A stretch of 43,738 bases of DNA from a virus (taxonomy: Duplodnaviria; Caudoviricetes): positions 1 to 43,738 of IMG/VR virus record IMGVR_UViG_3300046738_000027, one strand, 5' to 3'. This document shows positions 1 through 9,108 of this stretch, one piece after another. The notes beneath the pieces were generated by a model, which ran no database searches, was not told where the DNA came from, and saw nothing but the letters and a program-made list of their open reading frames with translations. A program made the translations under genes and the position numbers. The first letter of the stretch is position 1. Each line of letters begins with the position of its first letter.

Positions 1-34
1 CCCGTCAAGACGTTGTGCGGCCTGGCCTGGAGTC
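1..34. repeat. Terminal direct repeat / circular overlap, left copy
   Basis: 1-34 matches 43705-43738 except one base (T13 vs G43717). Confidence 0.9.
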
Positions 35-273
35 TGGGCTGGTCCACCGTCGTCACCCGGGCCGTGGGCACGATGCCGCACGCCATCCACGGCACGCCCG
101 GGCAGGAGCTCGAATCGTGGGCCGTGCGGATGGTGCGCGGTGGTCAGCGGGCCGTGGCTGTGCGCCGGGGGCCGGGCTGGTCCTCGCTCTGGACCTGGAG
201 TTCTGACCAGCTGCACACGCGGTCATCTACGCTGGCAGAGTTCAAGATCTTGCTGGGCCGGGAGACATCATGA
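1..273 (+). CDS. 3' part of a hypothetical gene that starts at 43510 and crosses the circular junction
   Basis: Frame from ATG 43510 (...PVKTVCGLAWS) continues in frame at position 1 (PVKTLCGLAWSLGW...) to TGA 273. Confidence 0.7.
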   Translation, partial: PVKTLCGLAWSLGWSTVVTRAVGTMPHAIHGTPGQELESWAVRMVRGGQRAVAVRRGPGWSSLWTWSSDQLHTRSSTLAEFKILLGRETS

Positions 274-291
274 TCACTTGTTCGGATTCTT

Positions 292-771
292 GTGAGTAGG
301 GAAGGCCGGGGCCCGCTCGAGCAACCACTGGCCCGGCGCCGCGTTCAGGTGTTGCTGGCCCATGGCGAGGTGAACCAGCGCGAGATCGGTGAGCAGTTCG
401 GCGTGACCCAGCAGGCCGTGAGCGCGTTTGCCCTGAAGTACGCCGAGACCATCGCCCAGATCAGGGACAACGCCGCGGACGAGTTCGCCGGCCTGGCCAT
501 CGCGCAGAAGGCCACGCGCTTGCAGGTGTACGAGGAGCTCCTGGCCGCGGCGATGACCGCGAGTCCCAAGAGCACGGCGTCTGGTCGGGTGGTGATCGAC
601 CCCGTGACCTTGACGCCGGTGTTCGAGATCGACGCCGGCACGGCGGCCAAGATCCTGCGCAACGTGGCCGAGGAGCTGGGCCATCTGCCTACCAGGCTCC
701 AGCTCGGTGGCGAGGTGGGTATCCGGACCAACTACAAGATCGAAGGGGTCACCCCTTCCAATCTCCAGTAG
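292..771 (+). CDS. Probable terminase small subunit (N-terminal HTH)
   Basis: HTH-like NQREIGEQFGVTQQAVSAF; upstream of the terminase large subunit. Confidence 0.6.
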   Translation: MSREGRGPLEQPLARRRVQVLLAHGEVNQREIGEQFGVTQQAVSAFALKYAETIAQIRDNAADEFAGLAIAQKATRLQVYEELLAAAMTASPKSTASGRVVIDPVTLTPVFEIDAGTAAKILRNVAEELGHLPTRLQLGGEVGIRTNYKIEGVTPSNLQ

Positions 772-774
772 TGG

Positions 775-791
775 TCTGCTATAGTAGGGGT
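775..791 (+). promoter_or_regulatory. Conserved extended -10 motif, leaderless
   Basis: TCTGCTATAGTAGGGGT followed directly by ATG 792. Confidence 0.75.
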
Positions 792-926
792 ATGAACAAG
801 TTGCGATACGCGCCGATGTGGGTCATTGCCCTTTGTGAGCAAACGGTCAGGGACTCCATGGGGGCAGCAACGTTACGGACGTATCGGCAATGCGTATCGA
901 GGCGCCGGCTGGCCTGGCAGAAGTGA
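792..926 (+). CDS. 44-aa leaderless small protein
   Basis: MNKLRYAPMW...LAWQK; ATG 6 nt after TATAGT; TGA overlaps the GTG of terL. Confidence 0.55.
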   Translation: MNKLRYAPMWVIALCEQTVRDSMGAATLRTYRQCVSRRRLAWQK

Positions 927-2287
927 CCCAAGAGCTGATCCACTCGTTCAAGGCGCGCGGCGCCGCGCTCGAGGCGATGAACACGCGGGCCCCTGAGGTA
1001 CTCCTCGCGGGGCCCGCGGGCACAGGCAAGAGCCGCGCCGTCCTCGAGAAGCTGCACCTGATCTGCTTGCTCTCGCCCAACGTGCGCTGCCTGATCGTGC
1101 GCAAGACGCTGGAGTCCTTGAAGACATCGGGGCTCAAGACGTGGGAGCGCGACGTGGTGAAGGAAGCCCTGCTGGACGGCACGGTGAACTACTACGGCGG
1201 CAGCGTGCGCGAGCCGGCCCAGTACCGATACAGCAACGGGAGCAGCCTGGCCATGGCCGGCCTGGACAAACCGGGCAAGGTGATGAGCACCGAGTGGGAC
1301 GTCATCTACGTCCAGGAGGCCACCGAGATTGATGAGGATGGCTGGCTTGCGCTGAGTTCCCGGCTGCGCAACGGGGCCATCTCGTTCCAGCAGCTGATCG
1401 CGGACTGCAACCCGGACCACCCCACGCACTGGCTGAAGCTGCGCTGCGAGGCCGGCGCCACGTTGATGCTGCACAGCAGGCACGAGGACAACCCGCGGTA
1501 CTTCACCGAGGACGGGGCCAAGACCCGGGCCGGCCAGGACTACATGGCGCGGCTGGACGCGCTGACCGGTGTCCGGAAACTGCGGTTGCGCGATGGAATC
1601 TGGGCGGCCGCCGAGGGCGTCATCCATGAGGAGTTCGACCCGGCGTTGCACCTGGTGGACCCGTTCGTCATTCCCGCGGACTGGCAGCGCATATGGTCAG
1701 TCGACTTCGGCTACGTGCACCCGTTCGTCTGGCAGGACTGGGCCATCGATCCGGACGGCGCCATGATTCTGGTGCGCGAGATCTACCGCACCCAGACCCT
1801 GGTGGAGGACCACGCGCGCACCATCCGCACGCTGATGGGGGTGGGCCCGATCGACTGGGAGACCGGCCGCGCGCGGGAGTACGACGGGCTACCCGTGACC
1901 GGCTGGGATGCCAAGCGGCCGTACATCATCGTGTGCGATCACGATGCCGAGGACCGGGCCACGCTCGAGCGGCACTTGGGCTGGCCCACCCGTCCGGCCA
2001 GCAAGAACGTGGCCGACGGGATCCAGGCCACCAGCGCGCGCTTCCGGCTGGACGGGCGCGGCCGCCCGCGCATCATGATCTTCAAGCACTCGGTGGTGGG
2101 TGGCCGGGATCAGAACCTGATCGATGCCAAAAAGCCGGCCAGCACCGGCGAGGAAATCCCGGGCTACGTCTGGAACGACAAGGGCAAGGACGAGCCCTTG
2201 AAGGAGAACGACGATGGCGACGACGCCATGCGGTACGCCGTGATGGAGCGCGACGTGCAGCCCCAGCCGCGAGTGAGGTTCATGTGA
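923..2287 (+). CDS. terL: Terminase large subunit (PBSX-like)
   Basis: Walker A GPAGTGKS, Walker B VIYVQE, CNP coupling motif, nuclease VDFG and DDGDDAMRY; start GTG 923 by GTGA overlap (ATG 890 is an alternative). Confidence 0.93.
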   Translation: MTQELIHSFKARGAALEAMNTRAPEVLLAGPAGTGKSRAVLEKLHLICLLSPNVRCLIVRKTLESLKTSGLKTWERDVVKEALLDGTVNYYGGSVREPAQYRYSNGSSLAMAGLDKPGKVMSTEWDVIYVQEATEIDEDGWLALSSRLRNGAISFQQLIADCNPDHPTHWLKLRCEAGATLMLHSRHEDNPRYFTEDGAKTRAGQDYMARLDALTGVRKLRLRDGIWAAAEGVIHEEFDPALHLVDPFVIPADWQRIWSVDFGYVHPFVWQDWAIDPDGAMILVREIYRTQTLVEDHARTIRTLMGVGPIDWETGRAREYDGLPVTGWDAKRPYIIVCDHDAEDRATLERHLGWPTRPASKNVADGIQATSARFRLDGRGRPRIMIFKHSVVGGRDQNLIDAKKPASTGEEIPGYVWNDKGKDEPLKENDDGDDAMRYAVMERDVQPQPRVRFM

Positions 2288-2490
2288 GGGACGGCCAGGG
2301 GTCGCGCGACTACGGGATCCACCTGCTGCCTCGTACACCCTTTGAGCTCTACGGCCCGTGTGGTTGTGGCGCCGAAGTTGGCAAGCCCTGCCTTGATCGG
2401 AGAATGAAGCACATGCCCCAGGCTGAGATGTGGACCGCTCACCAGGAGCGCCAGTATCTGGCGTGGCCCGTTGCCCTGATCCAGCAGTGA
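2284..2490 (+). CDS. Small zinc-finger-like protein
   Basis: CGCGAEVGKPC...HQER; GTGA overlap with the terL stop. Confidence 0.55.
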   Translation: MRDGQGSRDYGIHLLPRTPFELYGPCGCGAEVGKPCLDRRMKHMPQAEMWTAHQERQYLAWPVALIQQ

Positions 2491-2642
2491 GGCGCCAGCA
2501 CCATCATGGCCTGATCATCATCGGCGCGGCGCTGCTGGCGCTGTGCGTGATCCTGCTGCTGATCAACGCCATGGCGCCGGCCCGGCCACCGGCAGCACCG
2601 GCGCCGATCGGCGTGCACACCATCCCGGCACCCACGCCCTGA
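2487..2642 (+). CDS. Small membrane protein
   Basis: One hydrophobic helix (GLIIIGAALLALCVILLLI) and a Pro-rich tail; GTGA overlap. Confidence 0.55.
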   Translation: MRRQHHHGLIIIGAALLALCVILLLINAMAPARPPAAPAPIGVHTIPAPTP

Positions 2643-2658
2643 TCTGCTATAGTTGGGC
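2643..2658 (+). promoter_or_regulatory. Conserved extended -10 motif, leaderless
   Basis: TCTGCTATAGTTGGGC followed by ATG 2659. Confidence 0.75.
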
Positions 2659-3198
2659 ATGACTATCTTCAAGCGCCTGCTCGCGGCGCTCGCCATCGCG
2701 ACCATCGGCCTGGCCCTCGCGGCCGCGCCGGCCACCGCGCGGCCGATCGCCCAGGCCGGCCCCGTCCACGCCAGCGCCTTCCCGAACGGGTGTCCCCAGC
2801 CGGGCGGCCTGTGCCTGTACGAGAACACCAGCTATGACAACAAGTGGCAGACCACGGTCTACAACTTCGACGGTGGCGCGAACTGGCCGCTGAAGGGACC
2901 GTGCTGGAACCTCAGTGGGAGCACGTACGCGCAGGGCACGTACGTGAACAACTCGGCCAGCTCGTACACGGTCACCGAGAACATCGCCTACGAGGGCTAT
3001 TACTGGATCATCAGCGACTGGGTGAGTTGCCAGGGCGCGGGTCCTCAGCTCCTTCGGGCGGCCTGGGCGAACTACTTCGATCCCACCTTCCTGGTGACGC
3101 AGGGCTCAGGCCAGGAGAACTGGAACAACCGGCCCACCAGCGTGCAACTGGTGTGCATCGCGGGCGTGTCCAACGGCAAGTGCAACGGCGCAAGCTGA
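2659..3198 (+). CDS. Secreted protein, peptidase-inhibitor I36 / beta-gamma-crystallin-like
   Basis: Signal peptide MTIFKRLLAALAIA...; GCP..G.LCLYEN..Y, NNSASS and WNNRPTSV motifs typical of actinomycete I36-family proteins. Confidence 0.65.
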   Translation: MTIFKRLLAALAIATIGLALAAAPATARPIAQAGPVHASAFPNGCPQPGGLCLYENTSYDNKWQTTVYNFDGGANWPLKGPCWNLSGSTYAQGTYVNNSASSYTVTENIAYEGYYWIISDWVSCQGAGPQLLRAAWANYFDPTFLVTQGSGQENWNNRPTSVQLVCIAGVSNGKCNGAS

Positions 3199-3212
3199 CC
3201 GACTCGATCACC

Positions 3213-3246
3213 AGGGGCCCGCATCCGCGCTGGATGCGGGCCCTTC
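3213..3246 (+). terminator. Intrinsic terminator
   Basis: 12-bp stem GGGCCCGCATCC/GGATGCGGGCCC after the stop. Confidence 0.75.
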
Positions 3247-3265
3247 TCGTGTACCATCCGGGCCC

Positions 3266-3460
3266 ATGGGGCGCACGATCAAATGGGAACGTCTGGCACT
3301 GCTGCGCACGCCGGTGCTGATGATCCTCGGCCTGATCGCGCTGACCATCGGAGCGTTCCGCTCACCGTGGCCCTGGATCGGCTGGGCCGTGCTCGGGGCG
3401 TGCCTCGTGTTCGTGGCCTATGTGACCGACACCGACGAGCAGGAGGCACCAGCCGGATGA
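3266..3460 (+). CDS. Small two-TM membrane protein
   Basis: Two hydrophobic helices; common just upstream of portal genes. Confidence 0.65.
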   Translation: MGRTIKWERLALLRTPVLMILGLIALTIGAFRSPWPWIGWAVLGACLVFVAYVTDTDEQEAPAG

Positions 3461-3738
3461 GCACCACCGGAAGCCAGACGGCCACCCTTGCCTCGGTAGC
3501 CACGTCCACCAGCACGGCCGTACTGGTGCCGGCGGCCGGCGCGCGCAAGATGGCCACGATCGTCAACGACTCGGCCGGCGTGCTGTTCATCGCGTTCGCC
3601 GCTACGGCCAGTGCGAGCGCCTACACGGTCCGGGTGATCTCGAACGGTTACTACGAATTGCCCCAACCCGTCTACGGTGGTGCCATTTCCGGCATACTGG
3701 ATACGGGCACCGGTAACGCTCGCGTTACGTCATGGTGA
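3457..3738 (+). CDS. Hypothetical, possibly a virion protein
   Basis: ATGA overlap; Thr/Ser/Ala-rich beta-type sequence. Confidence 0.6.
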   Translation: MSTTGSQTATLASVATSTSTAVLVPAAGARKMATIVNDSAGVLFIAFAATASASAYTVRVISNGYYELPQPVYGGAISGILDTGTGNARVTSW

Positions 3739-3742
3739 TCAC

Positions 3743-4300
3743 ATGCCACTGTATGAGCGCGGCGACACCAACTCCCCTTTCGTGATCCCCTCTGATCACA
3801 ACCTGCTGGGCTGGTCGTTCGATCCGGCCAACCTGCAAGCTGGCGTTCTCCAACTCGGGGGCGGCACGCTTCAGGTGGTCAGGTTCAAGGTCATGAACAC
3901 CACCGCCGTCAGCAACCTGATCGTCAACCTGACACTCGGTGGTGCCGTGCTGGTGTCCGGGCGCAATCTGGCCGGCCTCTACTCCGACAGTGGCAACCTG
4001 CTCGGGCAGACCGTGGACCAGACAACCGCGTGGTCCACGGCCGGACTGAAGGTCATGGCACTTCAGTCGCCGGCCACTGTCACCCCGTGGACCTGGTACA
4101 AGATGGGCTGGTTCAACAACGGGCTGACTGCGCCGAGCATGAGCCGCGGACAGAACACCGACAGTGCCGTGCTGAACGCGGGCATGAGCGGGAGTACCTT
4201 GCGCTACTCGACCGCTGATACCGGCCTCACCACCACGCTCCCGGCCACCATCGGCACCCAGACCGCATCGGCCATCGCCTGGTGGGTAGGTGTCTCATGA
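3743..4300 (+). CDS. Hypothetical, possibly a virion or fibre-like protein
   Basis: MPLYERGDTN...; coding-like codon use, beta-rich. Confidence 0.6.
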   Translation: MPLYERGDTNSPFVIPSDHNLLGWSFDPANLQAGVLQLGGGTLQVVRFKVMNTTAVSNLIVNLTLGGAVLVSGRNLAGLYSDSGNLLGQTVDQTTAWSTAGLKVMALQSPATVTPWTWYKMGWFNNGLTAPSMSRGQNTDSAVLNAGMSGSTLRYSTADTGLTTTLPATIGTQTASAIAWWVGVS

Positions 4301-4539
4301 GTGACGAGCAGCACCGAGAAGCCATCGCGGCCGCCGAGGCCAAGGCTAGCCGGCTCCTGCCTGAGGGCTTCCGTGCCACGTACAACCTCGGCAAGCTGGC
4401 CCGCGGCGAGGGTGAGGCCGATCCGGAGTACCTGGCTGAGCAGGCCAAGGCGCCCGAACCGACCGCCCTACGTATGGACATCGAGCCGTCCACCCGTACC
4501 CTGATCAACATGCAGCGTGAGCGCCGGTCCATCGAGTGA
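4297..4539 (+). CDS. Hypothetical protein
   Basis: ATGA and GTGA overlaps with both neighbours. Confidence 0.6.
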   Translation: MSDEQHREAIAAAEAKASRLLPEGFRATYNLGKLARGEGEADPEYLAEQAKAPEPTALRMDIEPSTRTLINMQRERRSIE

Positions 4540-6038
4540 GCAGGTGGACCCGCCCGCTGTCCAGGGCCGCGCGGCGCGAGATCAGCAACCGCGCGCCCGT
4601 CCCGCTGGCCCCGAACGTCCGCACGAACTACTTCGGCTACCAGCCCAGCTCGGACATGCTGGCCTATCTCGATGCGTACGCCACCGATGGTGTCATTCAC
4701 CCCATCGTGGCCCGCCTGGCCGAGAGCACGTCCGAGGCCGAATGGAAACTCTGGACCAAGAGCAACTCGGGCGATGACCAGGATCGCAAGGCCGTCCAAG
4801 CACATGCCGTCCTGGACCTGCTCGCGCACCCCAACGACTTTCAGCCGTTCAGCGAGATCGTGGAGTCCGGCCAGCAGCATGTGGACCTGGTGGGTGAGTG
4901 CTCGATCGTGATGGGATTCGCGGCCGGCCTGCCCGCGGACATGTGGGTGCTGCGCCCGGACCGCATCCAGCCCGTCCCCGACCCCTGGAACTTCCTGGCC
5001 GGCTGGGTCTACACGGCGCCCGGCACCGGCGAGAAGATCCCGCTGGACCCCAAGGAACTGCTGCGCATCCGCCAGCCCTCCCCCGTCGACCCGTACCGCG
5101 GCATGGGCGCCGTCCAAGCCCTGCTGCGCGACCTGGACGCCCAGCGATTCACCAAGGAATGGCAGGCCAACTTCTTCAAGAACAGCGCCATCCCGGGCGG
5201 CATGATCAAGGTGGATCGGCGCCTTGGCGATGACGAGTTCGAGGAGATGAGCAAGCGCTGGGCCAGCCAGCACCAGGGCGTCAGCAAGAGCCACCGGGTA
5301 GCCATCCTCGAGCAGGCCGAGTGGGTGGCCAACGCTTTCACGCTGAAGGACTTGCAGATTGCTGAGCTGGACGGCGTGGGCCGGGACAAGGCACTGGCCG
5401 CGTTTGGGATGCCCAAGTCGATCATCGGCATTGTGGAGGATGTCAACCGCGCGAACGCCGAGGCCGGCGAGTACCTGTTCGCCCGGTGGATGCTCAAGCC
5501 CCGGCTGAACCGCTGGAAGTCGATGCTCAACCGCCAGGTACTCAGCCAGTACGGCAGTGCCAAACGGATGGTTCTCGACTACACGGACCCGGTGCCCGAG
5601 AACAGCGAGCAGGCGCTGGCTGAGCTCAAGACCAAGAGCGGCGTACTGGTGGCCCTGGTAAAGGCCGGCTACGAATCGGCTGAAGTGCTCGAGCTGCTGG
5701 ACTGGCCAGACCTGAAGTACACGGCGCCGCCCCCGCCCACCATCGTGGCGCCGCCCGGGACCGAGCCTGGCAAGCCGGGCGAGAAGCCCAAGCCGGCGCC
5801 TGCCAAGGATGATGACCCCGAGGCCAGCATCGACGGGGCCATGCGCTGGGTGGTCAAGGGCCACCCGGACAGCACGAACACTTGCGAGCCCTGCCTCAAG
5901 AAGATCGGCAAGACGTATCGCAATCGTGAGGCCGCGTACGCGGACTACCCGGGCGGCAAGGGCTACATCAAATGCGTGGGCGCCGAGTTCGGCAACACGT
6001 GCCGGTGCTCAGTGATCAAACGACGAGGTGGCAAATGA
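4536..6038 (+). CDS. HK97-family portal protein with C-terminal Cys-rich extension
   Basis: LRPDRI, DPYRGMG, NFFKNSAIPGG, AFGMP and NRANAE motifs; position after terminase. Confidence 0.92.
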   Translation: MSRWTRPLSRAARREISNRAPVPLAPNVRTNYFGYQPSSDMLAYLDAYATDGVIHPIVARLAESTSEAEWKLWTKSNSGDDQDRKAVQAHAVLDLLAHPNDFQPFSEIVESGQQHVDLVGECSIVMGFAAGLPADMWVLRPDRIQPVPDPWNFLAGWVYTAPGTGEKIPLDPKELLRIRQPSPVDPYRGMGAVQALLRDLDAQRFTKEWQANFFKNSAIPGGMIKVDRRLGDDEFEEMSKRWASQHQGVSKSHRVAILEQAEWVANAFTLKDLQIAELDGVGRDKALAAFGMPKSIIGIVEDVNRANAEAGEYLFARWMLKPRLNRWKSMLNRQVLSQYGSAKRMVLDYTDPVPENSEQALAELKTKSGVLVALVKAGYESAEVLELLDWPDLKYTAPPPPTIVAPPGTEPGKPGEKPKPAPAKDDDPEASIDGAMRWVVKGHPDSTNTCEPCLKKIGKTYRNREAAYADYPGGKGYIKCVGAEFGNTCRCSVIKRRGGK

Positions 6039-6301
6039 GCCAGACCCCCAGCATCGGACGAATCGTGACCGCGGTCGGATTCCTGGCGCGCTCCAACGGC
6101 ACGGACGTGGCACCGGCCATGATCACGCGCACGTGGGGCCAACGCGAGGACGGCACCTGGACCGTGAACGTGACGATCTTCCGGGACAACGCGGCCGAGA
6201 ACTACGCCACCTCGGTCCGGCTATTCGATACCGAGGACGAGGCGAGGGCCTCGCTCCAGCACGAGACCGGCACCGCTGTCCACTGGCCGGCGAGGGTCTG
6301 A
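6035..6301 (+). CDS. Hypothetical phage protein
   Basis: MSQTPSIGRIV...PAMIT; overlaps both neighbours. Confidence 0.65.
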   Translation: MSQTPSIGRIVTAVGFLARSNGTDVAPAMITRTWGQREDGTWTVNVTIFRDNAAENYATSVRLFDTEDEARASLQHETGTAVHWPARV

Positions 6302-7188
6302 TGAACAAGCGCCAGCGCGAGATCCTGGCCCAGCTCCAGCCGGCCGTGGACCTGGCTATCGAGCGGGCCAAGCCCAGCGAGCGCGAGACCCCCGGCCTGG
6401 CCATGCGCGCGCGCCCGAACGCCGAGGCCGCGGCTGAGCTGATGATCTACGGCCGCATCGGCGGCGGGGGCTGGATGTCGGAGGGCATCGGTGCCGCGGA
6501 CGTGGCCGCCCTGCTGCGCGACATCGGGCCCGGCCCGATCAATGTCCGGATCAACTCCGGTGGCGGGGACGTGTTCGATGGCGTGGCCATCCACTCCCTG
6601 CTGGCCCGGCACGCGGGCACGATCACTGTCTACGTGGATGGCCTGGCGGCATCCGCGGCCTCGTTCATCATGCTGGCCGGCGACCGGATCGTCAGCGCGC
6701 GCAACGCGTTCATCATGATCCACGACGCGATGACCTCCACCTACGGCAACGGGGACACCCACCGGGCCTCGGGCGAGCTGCTGGACAAGGTGAGCGCCAA
6801 CGTCGCGGACATGTACGCCGAACGCGCCGGCGAGGACGTGGAGCACTGGCGCAACCTGATGACCGTCAACGGCGAGGACGGCACCTGGTACACCGGCCAG
6901 GAGGCGCTGACCGCGGGCCTGGTGGACGAACTGACCGAGGTGGCCGACGACTCCGAGGTGGCGGACAAGCTGGATGGCTGGTCCGCGCTGCTGCCCGAGC
7001 GGGCCCGGGAGTTCGTGGCCGAGCACGCAGCTGACCCAACCCCCGAGACCGACCTCATCACCGCATCCGAGCGCGAGGCAGCAGAAGCGCTCGCTGCTGC
7101 GAATGAGGCCAACGACTTCCAGCACGCCATGACCATGGCGCACTGGCTGAACACCAATGGCCGCGCGGCCACGAAGGAGAGCGCATGA
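6301..7188 (+). CDS. ClpP-like head maturation protease
   Basis: INSGGGDVFDG, VDGLAASAAS, MIHDA and EAL.AGLVDE motifs. Confidence 0.92.
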   Translation: MNKRQREILAQLQPAVDLAIERAKPSERETPGLAMRARPNAEAAAELMIYGRIGGGGWMSEGIGAADVAALLRDIGPGPINVRINSGGGDVFDGVAIHSLLARHAGTITVYVDGLAASAASFIMLAGDRIVSARNAFIMIHDAMTSTYGNGDTHRASGELLDKVSANVADMYAERAGEDVEHWRNLMTVNGEDGTWYTGQEALTAGLVDELTEVADDSEVADKLDGWSALLPERAREFVAEHAADPTPETDLITASEREAAEALAAANEANDFQHAMTMAHWLNTNGRAATKESA

Positions 7189-8546
7189 GCACCAAGCTGG
7201 CCGTGCCCACCACGGCCGATGACCTCAAGACCGTCCTGCTGGACAAGACCAAGATGAAGACGATCCTGGACGAGGGCTCGCTGCCCGAATTCATGACCAA
7301 CTACGTCAACGAGTTCGGCAAGGTCAACGCCGATGTGGGCGAGCAGGTCCAGATCCAGGTGGAACGGGCCATGGCCTCCTACGCGGCCGAGCGCGGCGTG
7401 GAGCTCAAGAAGGGTGACCGCAAGGCTACCGCCGCGGACATGAAGCGGCAGCGCCAGACGGCCACCTACAAGAGCGGTGAGATCGCCCCCGGCGCGGCGC
7501 TGGACGGCAAGTTCGATGATCTCTGGGACTTCCTGAAGGTCTGCGACGCCAAGACGATCGCGTCCGGCCAGGAGCTCGAGCGGCGCACGCTGATCGAGAA
7601 CGCCATGTCCTCCACCGACCCCGCGTCGGGTGGTTTCCTCATCCCCGAGGAGTTCCGGGCCACGCTGATGCAGGTGGCCTTGGAGAAGGCGCTCGTCCGG
7701 CCGCGGGCCACGGTCATCCCGATGACCTCGCTGCGCATCTCGATGCCGATCGTGGACTCCACGTCCAACGTCTCCAGCGTCTACGGCGGCGTCATCGGCT
7801 ACTGGACCGAAGAAGGCGCGGCGCTCGTCCAGAGCCAGCCCAACTTCGGCCGTGTCGTGCTCGAGGCCAAGAAGCTGACGGCCTACACCGAGGTCCCGAA
7901 CGAGCTGCGCCGTGACTCGGCCATCAGCGTGGAGACCCTGCTGGGCACGATGATGCCTCAGGGCATCGCGTGGTTCGAGGACATCGCGTTCATGTTCGGC
8001 TCGGGCGTGGGTGAGCCGCTGGGCGTGTTCAACGCGCTCAACTCGGCCGTTGTGGCCCAGGCCGCGGTGGGTGGCCAGACCGCGGCCACCATCCAGTGGG
8101 AGAACATCGTCGGGATGTACTCCCGGATGCTGCCCAGCTCGCTGGCCAGCGCGGTGTGGATCGTCTCGCCGGCCGCCCTGCCCGAACTGTTCACGATGGC
8201 GCTGTCCATCGGTACCGGTGGCTCGGCGCTCGGCCCTATTGCCGGCACGATGGGCACCGGTTCGCCCACGCTGTCCCTGCTGGGCCTGCCGATCGTCATC
8301 AGCGAGAAGGTGTCCAACCTGGGCACCGCGGGTGACGTCAACCTGGTGGACTTCAGCCAGTACCTGATCGGCGACCGGATGCAGATGGAAGCCGAGCAGT
8401 CCTCGGACTACCGGTTCGGCAACGACATGATGGCCTACCGGTTCATCGAGCGGGTGGACGGTCGCCCGTGGCTCCAGTCGGCCATCACCCCGCGCAACGG
8501 TGGCCCGACGCTTTCTCCGTACGTGCAGCTCGCGGCCCGTCCGTAA
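7185..8546 (+). CDS. Major capsid protein (HK97 fold)
   Basis: GGFLIPEEF, W..EG, KLTAYTEV..EL..DS, G.G.GEPLG and ERVDG motifs; RBS AAGGAG. Confidence 0.93.
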   Translation: MSTKLAVPTTADDLKTVLLDKTKMKTILDEGSLPEFMTNYVNEFGKVNADVGEQVQIQVERAMASYAAERGVELKKGDRKATAADMKRQRQTATYKSGEIAPGAALDGKFDDLWDFLKVCDAKTIASGQELERRTLIENAMSSTDPASGGFLIPEEFRATLMQVALEKALVRPRATVIPMTSLRISMPIVDSTSNVSSVYGGVIGYWTEEGAALVQSQPNFGRVVLEAKKLTAYTEVPNELRRDSAISVETLLGTMMPQGIAWFEDIAFMFGSGVGEPLGVFNALNSAVVAQAAVGGQTAATIQWENIVGMYSRMLPSSLASAVWIVSPAALPELFTMALSIGTGGSALGPIAGTMGTGSPTLSLLGLPIVISEKVSNLGTAGDVNLVDFSQYLIGDRMQMEAEQSSDYRFGNDMMAYRFIERVDGRPWLQSAITPRNGGPTLSPYVQLAARP

Positions 8547-8668
8547 CCCGTAAGCTGATCATCGCCTGGCAGGGATAGGGGTCCGGACGGCAAATCCGGC
8601 TCTGCTCCCCTGCCAGGCATCCACCCCAGCCGGCAATGATCCCCCGGCCCCTATGAAGGGAAACGATC

Positions 8669-9106
8669 TTGAGTTCCATCCTCGCTCTCGGGCGTACGTA
8701 CAACCTCACCAGTTCGGTGACCACCGGCGCGGCGCGCGTGTCCCTGCGCGACGCCTCGGGCGTCGGTTTCTACATCGTGGGTGCATCGGCGGCCACCACG
8801 GCCACCATCACCGAGGCCACCGCGGCCTCGGGTGGCACCAGCCAGACCCTGGCCGGCACGTTCAGCTACTGGACCCAGGCGGCCGGCACCTCGGTATGGA
8901 CCGCGGGCGTTGGTGGCGTCAACGGCACCTCGATCACGACCGTCGCGAACGCGGCGGCCGCGCTCTACGTGTTCATCCCCCAGGGCGCGCTCTCGGACGG
9001 GTTCAGCTACCTGGCCTGCTCCCACGCCACGGGGACCTCGGTCTACATCATCGGGGACCTGGACGTGCAGCGTAAGGTCACCAACCTTCCGAACGTGCGG
9101 GTCTGA
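8669..9106 (+). CDS. Putative capsid decoration / structural protein
   Basis: Follows the MCP; Ala/Thr/Gly-rich; RBS GAAGGG. Confidence 0.6.
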   Translation: MSSILALGRTYNLTSSVTTGAARVSLRDASGVGFYIVGASAATTATITEATAASGGTSQTLAGTFSYWTQAAGTSVWTAGVGGVNGTSITTVANAAAALYVFIPQGALSDGFSYLACSHATGTSVYIIGDLDVQRKVTNLPNVRV

Positions 9107-9108
9107 CC

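Noticed and set aside
4227-5864. Long antisense ORFs (also 14300-16213, 37568-38932 and others)
   Set aside because: Shadow frames of high-GC genes with clear functions on the other strand
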